Part shown: positions 45,901-60,900 of the stretch, in pieces | Layout: each line of letters begins with the position of its first letter | How positions within the stretch are numbered: the stretch's first letter is position 1 | NCBI RefSeq assembly: GCF_023055435.1 | Contig: NW_025963857.1 | Coordinates: forward strand, 13,888,001 to 13,952,000 | Direction: 5' to 3' | Source: Haliotis rufescens | Lineage: Eukaryota | Length of the DNA: 64,000 nt | Made by a program: the position numbers and the translations under genes | The notes under the pieces: generated by a model | The model's input: the letters and a program-made list of their open reading frames with translations, nothing else | Told to the model about the DNA's origin: nothing | Databases searched by the model: none

Positions 45901-48900
45901 GAAGGAGACAGATGTTTGGTATTTAGAGACTTGTTACATTCTGTCATTTACTTGCAATCAACTGTTTCTTTACAGTCTTATAGGTCAAACATTGTCTGGC
46001 ACAATAGACATCATCACCTGGCAGTATTGGCTATATCACATGGTATTATAGACTAGGACACCCGGTGGTATTGACACATCACCTGGCAGTATTGGCTATA
46101 TCACATGGTATTATAGACTGGGACACCTGGTGTTATTGACACATCACCTGGCAGTATTGGCAATATCACATGGTATTATAGACTAGGACACCTGGTGTTA
46201 TTGACATCATCACCTGTCAGTATTGGCTATATCACATGGTATTATAGACTAGGACACCTGGTGTTATTGACATCACCACCTCACAGTATAGACTATAACA
46301 CATGGAATTATAAACTTGTGTTATTACTTCATCTGGCAGAATTGGCTATATTACATGATATTATAGACTATGACACCTGTGTTATTGACATCATGGTATT
46401 ATATAACTTGGACACCTGGTGTTATTGACATCACCACCAGGCAGTATGTGCTATAACACATGGTATTATAAACATGGACACCTGGTGTTATTGACTTCAC
46501 CATCTGGCAGAATTGGCTACATCCCATATTATAGACTATGACACCTGGTGTTATTGACATAATGGCCAGGCAGTAATCGCTATAGCACATGATATTATAG
46601 ACTATGACACCTGGTGTTACTGACTTCACCACCTGGCTGTATAGCCTTTAGCACATGCCGTTGTAGACTGACACCTGAGCCCACTTGCACAAAGCGATCT
46701 TAGCGCTAAGATGATCATATCTCCCATTGTCCCCCGCCGTGATATTGCTGGAATATTGCTAAAAGCGGCGTAAAACCAAACTCACTCACTCACTCACCCA
46801 TACTTTAACATAGGCTTACAATAGTCGTAGCGCTAAGATGATCGTATCTCCCATACTTTAACAATAGTCGTAGTGCTAAGATCGCTTTGTGCAAGTGGGC
46901 CCTGGTGTTACAAACATCATCTACTGGCAGTACATACCACATCACATGACATTAGACATCACCACTGGACATGATAGACATCACTACAGGACATTCTAGA
47001 CTCCATCACAACACAACAGTGTTCCCTTACACATCAGTTGATAATGCTCATAACATACCAGTCTTCCTCATTTTATCAAGCACTGCTTAGACATGTGTGA
47101 GTTATCTTGGCATGGCTTTCAGGCCCGGGGAAGCTCCTGATCCTGCTGAAGATGCTGCAGAAGGAGTGTGATCGGCAGTCAAGGAAAATTGTAGAACAGT
47201 TTAAGTCAATAAGAGACTATGAACACAAGGTAAGACCATCAAATCTATATCGGGCAATGCAACACTATTATATGAGTGAGTGAGTTGGGTTTAACACTGC
47301 TGGGATCAGTATATTCTCAGCGTGAGAGCTTAACGTGGGAGGAAAGCCCAAAGTGATGAAGATGTTCTCATTCCTTTACCAAAAAGGGATTCTATGAAAG
47401 ATGGGTAGGTAGGTGTCTCGTCCAGACCATTAAATGATTTCAGGCGGAAAGTCAGACATGCTGACTTGTTATTTTTGGGCCTATGCTTACAGACCATGGA
47501 CATGTTTTTTTGGATATAGATAACAGTGAAAAATTGTTACATATGGGGGCGGCGATAAAACAATCGGTCCCATGGTGACGACAGGGCATTTACCCTGAAA
47601 TATGTATGTTCCCCTGTGTGAGAATGTTTGTTCCCCTTGAACGGCCATGATATATTATGAACTGGGCTTCCTGGTGATAGATGTTAAATTGAACATCTCA
47701 ATATTTATATTCAAAAGAACATGTAACAAGTGTGTGGAAGAGTGAAGTGTTGCTTGATATTCACGTAGATTTGTCAACTTCAGGTCCGGCAGGTTCAGCA
47801 GAGTTTGATGATCCAGAAACAAACCTCCACAGAGAAGTGAGTAGAGCTGACGACTTGTATGTCTGACACGTGAAGATTCCGGGGTAGAATAGGTCTTCAG
47901 CAACCCATGCTTGCCGTAAAAGGTGACTATGCTTGTCGTAAAAGGCAACTAACAGGATCGGGTGGTCAGACTCGCTGACTTGGTTGATGCATGTCACCGA
48001 TCCCAATTGCGTGGATCGATGCTCATGATATTAATCACTGGATTGTCTGGTCCAGACTCGATTATTTACAGGCCGCCGTCATATAGCTGGAATATTGCTG
48101 AGTGCGGCGTTAAACAACAAACCAAACCATGACCAAAACTTGTATGTCTACACATAACAGCTGGATATATATCATACTCAAAAGAAGTTAAAGAACACCC
48201 AATTTGTTCATATGACAATTAATCTGTCATGGCTGGTAGTTATTGCAACAAAGTCTTCCAATTGTGTGTGTTCTTTAATTTCGTTTAAGTAGTATATCTA
48301 CACTCAAGAGACTGGATATAGACAGTGTTGTTCCGTGACTGTGCATGATGCAATTAAAATACAACAACGCGTCCGGCTTGGCACACTAAGCTTTTCACCT
48401 TCACTTACCTCAATGTAATTTTAATCCAAAAGGTCGTGTATTATCAGTAAACATTGCAGTCAAACATCAGCATGTTTTTTAAGCCAAACGTGTCCGCCAT
48501 GTTTGAGATTACTACAGTGATATTTTTTACCAATCATTGGCAGGCTTATAATTAACGACAGTAGGACTTCACTGAATATTATTTTCCCCTGAACAATCAG
48601 ATTTATTGTTTTTAAATAGATACTGTCAAAGCCGGCAGTGACAAGCATGGCATCTGCTATACCGTCCTCTGTTCACCGTCCTCTGTACACAGTCCTGTGT
48701 TCATCCTGAGTTCATGTCCTCTGTTCACCGTCCTCTGTTCACCGTCCTCTGTTCGCCTTCCTGTGTTCACCATCCTCTGTTCGCGTCTTCTGTTCACTGT
48801 CCTGTGTTCATCCTGTTCCCCGTCCTATGTTCACCATCCAGTGTTCACATCCTCTGTTTACCGTCCTGTGTTCACCATCCTCTGGGGGGCATGGGTGGCC

Positions 48901-51900
48901 CAGTCGTCTAAGGCGCCGCGATTCGCTGTGCAGAGTTGCGTCCCTTGGGCACGCCAGAAACCTATGATTTTGGGTTCGAATCCCGGTTCGCCCCAATTAT
49001 GTTTCTAGGTTTGTCAGCACCATACCCGTGCTCGTGGGTTTCACCGAAGTGGTAAACGTCTTAGACCTGCATCACTTCGGGCTTTCCTCCAACATTAAGC
49101 TGACACGCCGTGATATAACTGGAATAATGTTAAAAGTGGCATTAAACCCAACTCACTCACTCACTCACCATCCTCTGTTCACCATCCTGTTCACCTTTCT
49201 CTGTCCACCATCCTCTGTTCACCATCCTGTTCACCTTCCTCTGTTGACTGTCTTATGTTCACATCCTGTGTTCACATCCTGTGTTTATGTTACAGACTTG
49301 AACCTAAGGACCTGGATGTGTTGCTGTCTGAGGTTGTGCTCATCAGTACACGAGCCGAGATGTATCTCCGCTTCATCAAGAGGAGAGCCCTGGTAACATG
49401 TTTCCTTTGTGAATCTGTAGGATAAATACTTTAGAAATGTTTTGAAATAAGCATTAATATTCAGAGTTGTTTTGACTCAGTCTTTGTTTAGGTAATATAT
49501 GAGAGTACATGGATTTTTCTGTTGTGGGTGCATATGGCCCAATAGTCTATGGTGCAGGTTGTTTGCAGAATTGTGTCCCTTATGCCTGCCAGGATCCGCA
49601 GGTCATGTGTTTGAATCCCAGTGAGTTTACTGACTTTACTGTTTTTGTAATGACTTGACCCCTCACTTGCGTGCGACTTGTTTACAGACTGATTTAGAAG
49701 TGGCATTTCCAGATGAAGATGACAGAACAAGTAAGTTGCACTTGAAGAGGCTTCAGCAGAATTTTGCTTTGTATCTAAAACAATTCCCCCATGAAAATCT
49801 GGGTTAGAATTAGTCTTCACCAACCGACGCTTGTCATAAGAGGCAACTAACGGGATCGGGTGGTCAGGCTCGCTGACTTGTTTCATATTGCATGTCATTG
49901 AATCCCAATTGTGTAGATCATGCTCATGATATCAATCACTGGATTGTCTGATCCCAATTGGATTATTTACAGACGACTTTCATATAGCTTGAATATTGCT
50001 GAGTGTGACGTTAAACAAGCTGAAACAATTGACAATTTATAATATGAAAGTTCATTCATCAAGATTCAAATGACCATAACCTGTGTTAATGTCTAGATAT
50101 TGTAGCTAGAGATCTGTGTGACTATTTCTGTGTAGTTAGATTAGTCATTTGTTGCTAGATCTTGATCCTTTAACTTAAATACAGCTGGTGTTGGGATAAC
50201 CTGATTGTAACTGGCTAGACCTACTTTCTCTTGAAAGATGACACTCAGGTTTAGAATTGATACAGAGATATTTGGCTTACATAATTTCACTTTAATCAGA
50301 AAGTAATCCGCCTATAACTTTCATTGTTTCCTGCTTTTCATTCATGCATCATCCATCAGTTGAGATCCTCCTTGAAATAAGACTTTGTCATTCATTACTG
50401 AAGATTACAATATTTGTATTATTTTCATTTTGTCTAACTGTTGGCAGTTATGCAGCCTAAGTAAGGTCGAGTGAGAAATGGACATGGAATTTGGGGGGAC
50501 TAAAGTATACTTGGGGAAAAAGTCATCTTCCAGATGAAAAGTGTCTTGCCCACCTATAATAGTCCCTAATCATGCTAAATATAGTTGAAGATTTGTTTGT
50601 TGTTCAACACACTCAACAATGTATCAGCTATGTGAAGGCGGGTTGTAAATAACTGAGCCCAGTCCAGACAACTAGTGATTGATATCATGAGCAATGTCCT
50701 ATGTAATTGGGGTTTAATGACAAATTAACCAAGTCGTTGAGTCTGACCACTGATCCATCAATTCACCTCATTTAACAAGAATAGGCTGTTTGGGACCTAT
50801 TCTTTCCCAAAACCCCAACATAGGATTATCTACAAAGACTTGACACTGTGTTTACATTTTCTTGATTTGTTCAGGAGAGTGTGTTGACCTGGACAAGTAT
50901 CTGAGTGGCTGTGACCTGAGTCGTCTGATGCAGGAGCTGATCGGCAGCTACATCATGATGGAGGAATACTTCATGAGAGAGATGGTGCTCAAGGTAGGGG
51001 AGATAACTCTGATGACACTTTATATGGTCCTTGTCACCTATAAACCTAATCCACCACCACTCTCTGAAGGGATGGGTGTTAATGGGGAGATAAATGCTGG
51101 TGGTGAATGTGTGAAAGGGAAATAACTCTGCTGTCACTTCACACTGGGTGTGGTGTTAAATGTCGACAGAAGGGGAGGTAACTCTGTTTAGACTTCCTGA
51201 AAATAGGCTAAAGGTAAAACTGTTGTGTAAGCGGAAGTGGGAGAGACTGTTTGAGAGACAGGAAGTTCCAATGTTCTGTGGAGAAAGTGTAAAGTGAGGA
51301 CTGCTGTGTTGTAGGCCGTCAACATGGACACCTTGGAGGATGGAGCACAGACCTCCAGTATGGTGGATGATGCTTTCTTCATTGTCAAGAAAAGTGTAAG
51401 GTGTGTATACCACAGATCATGAGCTGATTTGAAGGTCATTTGTGATTAAGGTAGCAGATATTACTGCAGAAATATTACCCAAAGATGATAAGCCCTCTTC
51501 TGCTGGTCCCCGTTAAAGAGAAAATTGGTGCTTCAATTCACCACAGCTTCAATTCACTTCAGAATACATCTGTGTTCAGATATATCAAATTATTTTATCA
51601 GTTCCTTTTTCTACACAACAGACGTACCATCTCCAGCTCCAGCGTGGATGGCGTGTGTGCGATGTTGAACCACGCGTGTACGCTGCTAGAGCAGGACTTC
51701 CGAGAGGTGTTGTACGCACGGCTCCGCTCTGGCTTCCCGTCGGGCTTCGACCTACAGCAGGCCTACAACCTGGTACAGTCCAGCTTCCAGCAGGGCAAGC
51801 TGCAGAGCTCCGACTCCGAGAAGGAGAAGGCAAAGACTCTCTTTCTGGTCAGTTGCTTAGTTAAAGAATTCCACCCTTGACGATCTGGGTTAGAATTCAA

Positions 51901-54900
51901 CCCATGTTTGTCGTAAGAGGCCACGAACGGGATCGGGTGGTCAGACTCACTGACTTTGTTCGTACATTGTATCCCAATTTTGAGGATCGATGCTAATGAA
52001 CGTCAATCATTGGATTGTCTGGTCCAGACTCCAGACCAATGTCATGTAGCTGGAATATTGTTGAGTGCGGCGTAAATTAACAAAACAAACACAGTAGCTT
52101 AGTTAAAGAATTACTGGTGCGTCCTTCAGTGACCATATTTCTGTGCCGTGGGAGGTTATAATGGCTATTTGCAGTGTAGGTTGGTTGGTTTGTTGTTTAA
52201 CGCCGGACTCAGCAATATCCCAGCTATATGATGGCAGTCTGTAAATAATCGATTCTGGACCAGACAGTCCAGTGATTAATATCATGAGCATCTATCCGTG
52301 CAATTGGGATCGATGACATGCATCAACCAAGTCAGCGAGCCTGACCACCCGATCCCGTTAGTCACCTCTTACGACAAGTATAGTCACCTTTTACGTCAAG
52401 CATGGGTTGCTGAAGACCAATTCTACCCCGGATCTTCACGGGCCCTATTTGCAGTGAATGATGGTGCACAATTAGTGTCCAAATGTTGTGACAGAGTCTC
52501 CGATAATGGGTTTGAAACCCTGATTCGCCACTATTCAAGGTTTGTCACTTCCAAATCTGTACTTTTGGGTTTCACAAAAGTGGTACCATTGCCCTGACAT
52601 GTCAAGAGTTAACTGAAATACTGTTCAAAGCGGCATTAAGCCTAGCTTACTGGCTCACATATACCATCACATGTTACTGTAAGAAAAGAAAACATCCTGT
52701 ATCTGAAACAGATCATTATCCCAAAATAAGATATAAAATTATAGACGTACACAAATGTATTTATATTTCCATGACCATAAGATAAAATATACATGTAGCT
52801 CTTTTGTTCCAGACTGCCTTAAACAATGCTGAAGTCAGTTCAGAATACTCAAAAGCTTTGAAAACAATCCTCGAGGTAAGATCATGCTATAGCATAAATA
52901 AGATATAAAAGGGTATTTGACAGTCAGTTAAAATAATTGTGTTTATTCGATCATAGAATTATATTGAAGAGGAAACCCCTCTGACACATACTGTTAATTT
53001 GGAATATTTCTCTTAATAATATAGTTATGTGACATAAGGTTATTTTGATGTTATCCTAATGCTATTCACCTTGTGTTTTATATCAGGATGAGGTATCAAA
53101 ACTCTACAGCCAGTGTACGGAGCAAGCCAGAGCCAAGCTAGAGGTTTGTGAGGTTTTCGTCTGATGAGACTGGTAGGATATGGGGGTGGGGGTGGGGGTG
53201 GGGGTGGGGTTGGGTGGGTCAGATGTGTTAGTCTGACCAGTGAGAGTGTGAGGATAGGGGTTGGGTGGGTCAGATGTGTTAGTCTGACCAGTGAGAGTGT
53301 GAGGATAGGGGTGGCGTGTCAGATGTGTTAGTCTGACCAGTGAGACTGTGAGGATGGGGGGGTGGGGTGTCAGATGTGTTAGTGTGACCAGTGAGAGTGT
53401 GAGGATAGGGGTTGGGTGGGTCAGATGTGTTAGTGTGACCAGTGAGAGTGTGAGGATAGGGGTTGGGTGTCAGATGTGTTAGTCTGACCAGTGAGACTGT
53501 GAGGATAGGGGTTGGGTGTCAGATGTGTTAGTCTGACCAGTGAGACTGTGAGGATGGGGGGGTGGGGTGTCAGATGTGTTAGTGTGACCAGTGAGAGTGT
53601 GAGGATAGGGGTTGGGTGGGTCAGATGTGTTAGTGTGACCAGTGAGAGTGTGAGGATAGGGGTTGGGTGTCAGATGTGTTAGTCTGACCAGTGAGAGTGT
53701 GAGGATAGGGGTGGGGTGTCAGATGTGTTAGTCTGACCAGTGAGACTGTGAGGATAGGGGTTGGGTGGGTCAGATGTGTTAGTGTGACCAGTGAGAGTGT
53801 GAGGATAAGGGTGGGGTGTCAGATATGTTAGTCTGACCAGTGAGACTGTGAGGATAGGGGTGGGGTGTCAGATGTGTTAGTCTGACCAGTGAGAGTGTGA
53901 GGATAGGGGTGCGGTGTCAGATGTGTTAGTGTGACCAGTGAGAGTGTGAGGATAGGGGTGGGGTGTCAGATGTGTTAGTCTGACCAGTGAGAGTGTGAGG
54001 ATAGGGGTGGGGTGTCAGATGTGTTAGTCTGACCAGTGAGAGTGTGAGGATAGGGGTGGCGTGTCAGATGTGTTAGTGTGACCAGTGAGACTGTGAGGAT
54101 GGGGGGGTGGGGTGTCAGATGTGTTAGTGTGACCAGTGAGAGTGTGAGGATAGGGGTTGGGTGGGTCAGATGTGTTAGTGTGACCAGTGAGAGTGTGAGG
54201 ATAAGGGTGGGGTGTCAGATATGTTAGTCTGACCAGTGAGAGTGTGAGGATAGGGGGGTTGGGTGGGTCAGATGTGTTAGTGTGACCAGTGAGAGTGTGA
54301 GGATAGGGGTGGCGTGTCAGATGTGTTAGTCTGACCAGTGAGACTGTGAGGATGGGGGGGTGGGGTGTCAGATGTGTTAGTGTGACCAGTGAGAGTGTGA
54401 GGATAGGGGTTGGGTGGGTCAGATGTGTTAGTGTGACCAGTGAGAGTGTGAGGATAAGGGTGGGGTGTCAGATATGTTAGTCTGACCAGTGAGACTGTGA
54501 GGATAGGGGTGGGGTGTCAGATGTGTTAGTCTGACCAGTGAGAGTGTGAGGATAGGGGTGCGGTGTCAGATGTGTTAGTGTGACCAGTGAGAGTGTGAGG
54601 ATAGGGGTGGGGTGTCAGATGTGTTAGTCTGACCAGTGAGAGTGTGAGGATAGGGGTGGGGTGTCAGATGTGTTAGTCTGACCAGTGAGACTGTCAGGAT
54701 AGGGGTGGGGGGTCAGATGTGTTAGTCTGACCAGTGAGACTGTCAGGATAGGGGTGGGGGGTCAGATGTGTTAGTCTGACCAGTGAGACTGTCAGGATAG
54801 GGGTGTGGGGTCAGATGTGTTGGTGTGACCAGTGAGACTGTCAGGATAGGGGTGTGGGGTCAGATGTGTTAGTCTGACCAGTGAGAGTGTGAGGATAGGG

Positions 54901-57900
54901 GTGGGGGTCAGATGTGTTAGTGTGACCAGTGAGAGTGTGAGGATAGGGGTGGGGGGTCAGATGTGTTAGTCTGACCAGTGAGACTGTCAGGATAGGGGTG
55001 GGGGTCAGATGTGTTAGTCTGACCAGTGAGACTGTGAGGATAGGGGTGGGGGTCAGATGTGTTAGTGTGACCAGTGAGACTGTGAGGATAGGGGTGGGTG
55101 TCAGATGTGTTAGTGTGACCAGTGAGACTGTGAGGATAGGGGTGGGGGTCAGATGTGTTAGTGTGACCAGTGAGACTGTCAGGATAGGGGTGGGGGTCAG
55201 ATGTGTTAGTCTGACCAGTGAGACTGTCAGGATAGGGGTGGGGGGTCTGATGTGTTAGTCTGACCAGTGAGAGTGTGAGGATAGGGGGGTGGGGTGTCAG
55301 ATGTGTTAGTCTGACCAGTGAGACTGTGAGGATAGGGGTGGGGGTCAGATGTGTTAGTCTGACCAGTGAGAGTGTGAGGATAGGGGTGGGGGTCAGATGT
55401 GTTAGTGTGACCAGTGAGACTGTGAGGATGGGTGGGTGTCAGATGTGTTAGTGTGACCAGTGAGAGTGTGAGGATAGGGGAGGGGGGTCAGATGTGTTAG
55501 TGTGACCAGTGAGACTGTCAGGATAGGGGTGGGGGTCAGATGTGTTAGTCTGACCAGTGAGAGTGTGAGGATAGGGGGGTGGGGTGTCAGATGTGTTAGT
55601 CTGACCAGTGAGACTGTGAGGATAGGGGTGGGGGTCAGATGTGTTAGTCTGACCAGTGAGACTGTGAGGATAGGGGGGTGGGGGTCAGATGTGTTAGTGT
55701 GACCAGTGAGACTGTGAGGATAGGGGGGTGGGGGTCAGATGTGTTAGTGTGACCAGTGAGACTGTGAGGATAGGGGGGTGGGGGTCAGATGTGTTAGTCT
55801 GACCAGTGAGAGTGTGAGGATAGGGGTTGGGTGTCAGATGTGTTAGTCTGACCAGTGAGAGTGTGAGGATAGGGGTGGGTGTCAGATGTGTTAGTCTGAC
55901 CAGTGAGACTGTGAGGATAGGGGTGGGGGTCAGATGTGTTAGTCTGACCAGTGAGACTGTGAGGATAGGGGTGGGGGGTCAGATGTGTTAGTCTGACCAG
56001 TGAGAGTGTGAGGATAGGGGTGGGGGTCAGATGTGTTAGTCTGACCAGTGAGACTGTCAGGATAGGGGTGGGGGTAAGATGTGTTAGTCTGACCAGTGAG
56101 ACTGTCAGGATAGGGGTTGGGTGTCAGATGTGTTAGTCTGACCAGTGAGACTGTCAGGATAGGGGTGGGGGTAAGATGTGTTAGTCTGACCAGTGAGAGT
56201 GTGAGGATAGGGGTTGGGTGTCAGATGTGTTAGTCTGACCAGTGAGAGTGTGAGGATAGGGGTGGGGGTCAGATGTGTTAGTGTGACCAGTGAGAGTGTG
56301 AGGATAGGGGTGGGGGTCAGATGTGTTAGTCTGACCAGTGAGAGTGTGAGGATAGGGGTGGGGGTCAGATGTGTTAGTCTGACCAGTGAGAGTGTGAGGA
56401 TAGGGGGGTGGGGGTCAGATGTGTTAGTCTGACCAGTGAGAGTGTGAGGATAGGGGGGTGGGGTGTCAGATGTGTTAGTCTGACCAGTGAGAGTGTGAGG
56501 ATAGGGGTGGGGGTCAGATGTGTTAGTCTGACCAGTGAGAGTGTGAGGATAGGGGGGTGGGGGTCAGATGTGTTAGTCTGACCAGTGAGAGTGTGAGGAT
56601 AGGGGTGGGGTGTCAGATGTGTTAGTCTGACCAGTGAGAGTGTGAGGATAGGGGGGTGGGGTGTCAGATGTGTTAGTCTGACCAGTGAGAGTGTGAGGAT
56701 AGGGGTGGGGGTCAGATGTGTTAGTCTGACCAGTGAGAGTGTGAGGATAGGGGGGTGGGGGTCAGATGTGTTAGTCTGACCAGTGAGAGTGTGAGGATAG
56801 GGGGGTGGGGTGTCAGATGTGTTAGTCTGACCAGTGAGAGTGTGAGGATAGGGGTGGGGGTCAGATGTGTTAGTCTGACCAGTGAGAGTGTGAGGATAGG
56901 GGGGTGGGGGTCAGATGTGTTAGTCTGACCAGTGAGAGTGTGAGGATAGGGGGGTGGGGTGTCAGATGTGTTAGTCTGACCAGTGAGAGTGTGAGGATAG
57001 GGGTGGGGGTCAGATGTGTTAGTCTGACCAGTGAGACTGTGAGGATAGGGGTGGGGGTCAGATGTGTTAGTCTGACCAGTGAGAGTGTGAGGATAGGGGG
57101 GTGGGGGTCAGATGTGTTAGTCTGACCAGTGAGAGTGTGAGGATAGGGGGGTGGGGTGTCAGATGTGTTAGTCTGACCAGTGAGAGTGTGAGGATAGGGG
57201 TGGGGGTCAGATGTGTTAGTCTGACCAGTGAGAGTGTGAGGATAGGGGGGTGGGGGTCAGATGTGTTAGTCTGACCAGTGAGAGTGTGAGGATAGGGGTT
57301 GGGTTTCAGATGTGTTAGTCTGACCAGTGAGAGTGTGAGGATAGGGGGGTGGGGTGTCAGATGTGTTAGTCTGACCAGTGAGAGTGTGAGGATAGGGGTG
57401 GGGGGTCAGATGTGTTAGTCTGACCAGTGAGAGTGTGAGGATAGGGGTGGGGGTCAGATGTGTTAGTCTGACCAGTGAGAGTGTGAGGATAGGGGGGGGG
57501 GGTGTCAGATGTGTTAGTCTGACCAGTGAGAGTGTGAGGATAGGGGTGGGGGTCAGATGTGTTAGTCTGACCAGTGAGAGTGTGAGGATAGGGGGGTGGG
57601 GTGTCAGATGTGTTAGTCTGACCAGTGAGACTGTCAGGATAGGGGTGGGGGTCTGATGTGTTAGTCTGACCAGTGAGACTGTGAGGATAGGGGTGGGGGG
57701 TCTGATGTGTTAGTCTGACCAGTGAGAGTGTGAGGATAGGGGTGGGGTGTCAGATGTGTTAGTCTGACCAGTGAGACTGTCAGGATAGGGGTGGGGGGTC
57801 AGATGTGTTAGTCTGACCAGTGAGACTGTCAGGATAGGGGTGGGGGGTCTGATGTGTTAGTCTGACCAGTGAGACTGTCAGGATAGGGGTGGGGGGTCTG

Positions 57901-60900
57901 ATGTGTTAGTCTGACCAGTGAGACTGTCAGGATAGGGGTGGGGGGTCAGATGTGTTAGTCTGACCAGTGAGACTGTCAGGATAGGGGTGGGGGGTCAGAT
58001 GTGTTGGTGTGACAGTGAGACTGTGGGGATGGGGTTCTATATCATAACTTGGGTTTTAGCTTTGACTTCAATGAATATTTGAAGGGAGACACTTCTCAGA
58101 CAATTTGGTTCTGTTTGATTCATGATGACTGAACACCATTTTCTTTGCCTGCCAATTAGGTTTTATTATGTTTGTAACAGTTAATGATTCCCTGAGAATA
58201 TGTCGTGATCTCACACATCTAGATCTCATATATTCCTCAAGTTGAGCACATACGCCTTTCTGATTTCCATTGAAGAAATATCTTCTTTTTTTCGCAGAGC
58301 TGTTTGTCAGACCTTGGAACGGTACCCGCCAAGTTCAAGGACGTGATCGAGTTTGGCTTCTCCCAGCTGACATCGAGTGTTGTGAAGCCTCGCGTCAAAC
58401 CGCTGGTGGAGTCCTTCCTCTCTACAGACCACAATTTGACTGAGGTGGGACACAGATTTTATTGAACTTCATGTAGTGTGAAAGTCAAGTTTGGCTAACT
58501 CGTGCTTGTGTTATGACAGATTCAGAGTCACAGACTTCTTGTTTTCTCCAAGTTTGATTGGTAAACTTGAGACAAAAAACTCTGATATTGTGGATGTTGG
58601 ATGTTGAAAACAGTGTTATCAATTTTAGTGAAAACAAATAGAGACAGATTTTTTAAAGTTAATACTTGATGGTAAAATGTCATGTGCATTTGTAAAGGAA
58701 CGATTGTAAAACAGTATCTACTGTGTGGCAACCTGGACTTTTCAAAGGGCGCAATAACCCTGATATCTTTGTTGTTTTGGTGGAGCCAAACTAGTTTTCA
58801 TGAGTTTATTTCAGCGTCTCTCAAATATGAGAAAGGTTTTCTGGTTGGATAGGAAATAGGAGTATGTTTGCCCTGGCGGGCTGTTGTAGTCCTGTGGTGA
58901 CAATCCATGTACTTTCCATTGCCAGGAGGACTTCTCCAACTATGAGGCAAACGATCCGTGGGTCCAAAACTTCATTATGAACCTGGATGCTCTGTTCAGC
59001 ACTTTCAAGGTAGGTGGTGAATATTTTATGTGATTATATTTGTCAAATTATGTTTCAACTCAGGGACCTGCTTCACAAAATGAACATAGTGCTACGACTA
59101 TTGTTAGCATAGACTTACGACAGTCGTTACATTATGATCATGGGTGAAACGAGCCATGTTACGCAAAGCCATCTTAGCACCCCAATAATGTCATAACCCT
59201 CACTTTAACATAGACTTATAGTCGTTGTGGGGCTGTGATTGCTTTGCTGAACAAGGCCGTGGGTTAGAGTCGGTCTCCAGCACTAAAGTGCTGGCTGTAA
59301 CAGGGGCCTAAGTAGATTGAGGGGTCAGGCTGATTGCGTGTCAGTTTACCCCAATGACTTTGGATGTTCTTCTAGTCACTGGTTTGCCTTGACTCGATTA
59401 TCTATCAGCCGCTATGATACAGCCAAGGGGGGGGGGGGGGCAGGCTCAGTGGTCTTGTAATGCAAGTGTCATCTGTTTCACCACAGAAGTAACCATCTGT
59501 GACCTGCGTCATTTCGGGCTTTCCTCCAAACCTCCAACCCTCCAACCCTCCAACCCTCCAACATTAAGCTGACATAGTGTTAAATAACTGAAGTAACTGT
59601 ACACACCTGTATCACAAGAAAACTTAACATATGTCAGGTCATTTGGCCAAGGCTCAGAGAGAAGGTCATCAAGAAATATTTTGGAAAAATCATGGAAAAA
59701 TGGAAAGTTTAATGACTTTAATTATTCCCAGTGAAGTACAAAAGAAACAATTGTGCCCCCTTGGTGAAGATAAAAAAAAAGACACCCTCTTCGGAGTTCC
59801 CCCCAAATTACATGTATTTTATATTTGCCTTTTCAGAATGTATTATCATTTTTTGTACACTCGTTCATGAAATGTTTCCTAACCATGATTAGATATATAC
59901 AGTTCACAGTTACGAAATTTTGTTTGAGCGCGACAGTACTGATGTGTTGCGTGTGTGTTGTTTGTAGGCCACTCTCACATCGGGAAACTACGACCGCCTT
60001 GTGAACCTCATCGTGGGTGAGATCACCGTTCAGCAGGAGAAGGCCATCACCAAGTCAACATTCAACAGGGTCGGTGAATCATGGCTTCATTTCAGTACAC
60101 TTAGACTTGACAAGAATTTGTCATCTGTAATGACTTGGAATAGTTAGTGTAACCGGTCTGAGATTCGAACCCTGGCTGCGTTATAGTGAAAGATGGTACC
60201 GGGATATCACATGTTTGGGCCCACGCAGAATTAGAAACATAAAAAATGTCTTTAATTTTGGAGTGATTTTGCTTAAATCAACCCCTTTCCCCCTTTCGAA
60301 AACCAATACTTGGCGATGCACGACACATGGCAAATCTTAATGTACATTCAACAATAATGAAAGGTCAAGTTTGGCATTCTATGAAGTTACTTCCTCCCCA
60401 AATGTATATCCATGTATTATGTTTTCTCAGTTAAAACAACTTTTTTTTCTGCAAAGGTTGTCCATTATATTTAGGTAAGAAAGCTTAAGCTTTCGAAATT
60501 GAGCCTTGGGCTTCATTTCAGATAAAATATCTTAAATGAGAAAGCACCCGGGGAAGTCCTGGTACCTCTTGTTACCCTGCCTTGCACTCAGCATTAAGGG
60601 GCTAAAACAAGGACTGGTCGGCTCGGAGTCAGTATATTTTGTCTGAGTGGGGTATTCATGTCAAACTGCAGCACGGTATCTCAGTGAAGCAGCACTATAA
60701 AATTTGCCTTAGTCCAGGCTAGTACAAGCAGCCACACACACACGTGCATGCACGTCGCTATATAAGTGCAACAATCTTGAACGTGACGTTAAACCTCAGT
60801 TCACCTCAGTTCACCTCACCTCACCTCACCTCACCTCACCTCACCTGTTAGTAACCTGCTCTGTTCCAGCTGGGAGGCCTCCAGTTTGACAAGGAGCTGC

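Noticed and set aside
53155-53185. CTGATGAG hammerhead-like core
   Set aside because: No stem II or GAAA motif follows
54998-57656. Repetitive [10 protein letters not shown] ORFs
   Set aside because: Translations of the 48-bp minisatellite; frames break wherever the unit length changes
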